A DNA stretch of 32,517 nucleotides, taken from NCBI RefSeq assembly GCF_004010195.1, contig NW_025214724.1:1-32517 (forward strand), given 5' to 3'. The notes under the pieces are model-generated. The model made no database searches, was not told where the DNA came from, and saw nothing but the letters and a program-made list of their open reading frames with translations. The translations under genes were made by a program, and so were the position numbers. The number at the start of each line of letters is the position of its first letter. Position 1 is the stretch's first letter. Below are positions 32,364 to 32,517 of this stretch, in pieces. The DNA is from Chiloscyllium plagiosum (Eukaryota).

Positions 32364-32517
32364 GTTTGTTGTGGTTGTGTTTGCCGAGCTGGGAATTTGT
32401 GTTGCAGACGTTTCGTCCCCTGTCTAGGTGACATCCTCAGTGCTTGGGAGCCTCCTATGAAGCGCTTCTGTGATCTTTCCTCCGGCATTTGTAGTGGTTT
32501 GAATCTGCCGCTTCCGG
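32364..32517 (-). mobile_element. Penelope-like pLTR, family C, runs off the window edge
   Basis: Abrupt switch to CpG-retaining sequence containing an intact hammerhead on the minus strand. Confidence 0.78.
32404..32443 (-). ncRNA. Minimal type I hammerhead ribozyme, intact core; predicted cleavage between 32407 and 32406
   Basis: GCA-CUGAGGA-U-GUCACCU-AGAC-AGGGGAC-GAA-ACGU-C-UGC: stem I GCA/UGC, 7-bp stem II with one A.G mismatch, palindromic ACGU, GUC triplet. Confidence 0.85.

Noticed and set aside
1..32517. CRISPR arrays, operons or other prokaryotic systems
   Set aside because: No regularly spaced direct repeats or gene-dense segments; the content is vertebrate-type repeat DNA.

Overview
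Eukaryotic, AT-rich, repeat-dense non-coding DNA. The repeat families (HE1-type V-SINEs, CR1, Rex1/Babar, L2, a DeuSINE) point to a cartilaginous fish, probably a shark; this is inference from recognised families. I found no intact cellular protein-coding gene, and the longer ORFs are decayed transposon fragments. The window holds a rearranged Gypsy element with nested insertions, a 2.2 kb Rex1/Babar LINE, several CR1/L2 relics, five HE1-like SINEs, a solo LTR and a Harbinger Myb/SANT exon relic. The most notable signal is 11 short Penelope-like (pLTR-type) insertions from four sequence families carrying a minimal hammerhead-ribozyme fold (CUGANGA-N-stem II-GAAA-palindromic stem III-NUH) with covarying stems. 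Three cores look intact (12191-12224 +, 26753-26787 +, 32404-32443 -). Most insertions are fold-back structures with a recurring unpaired 3' tail of 33-39 nt, and five have clear 9-15 bp target-site duplications. Boundaries of old repeats are approximate, all assignments were made by eye, and no database search was run.
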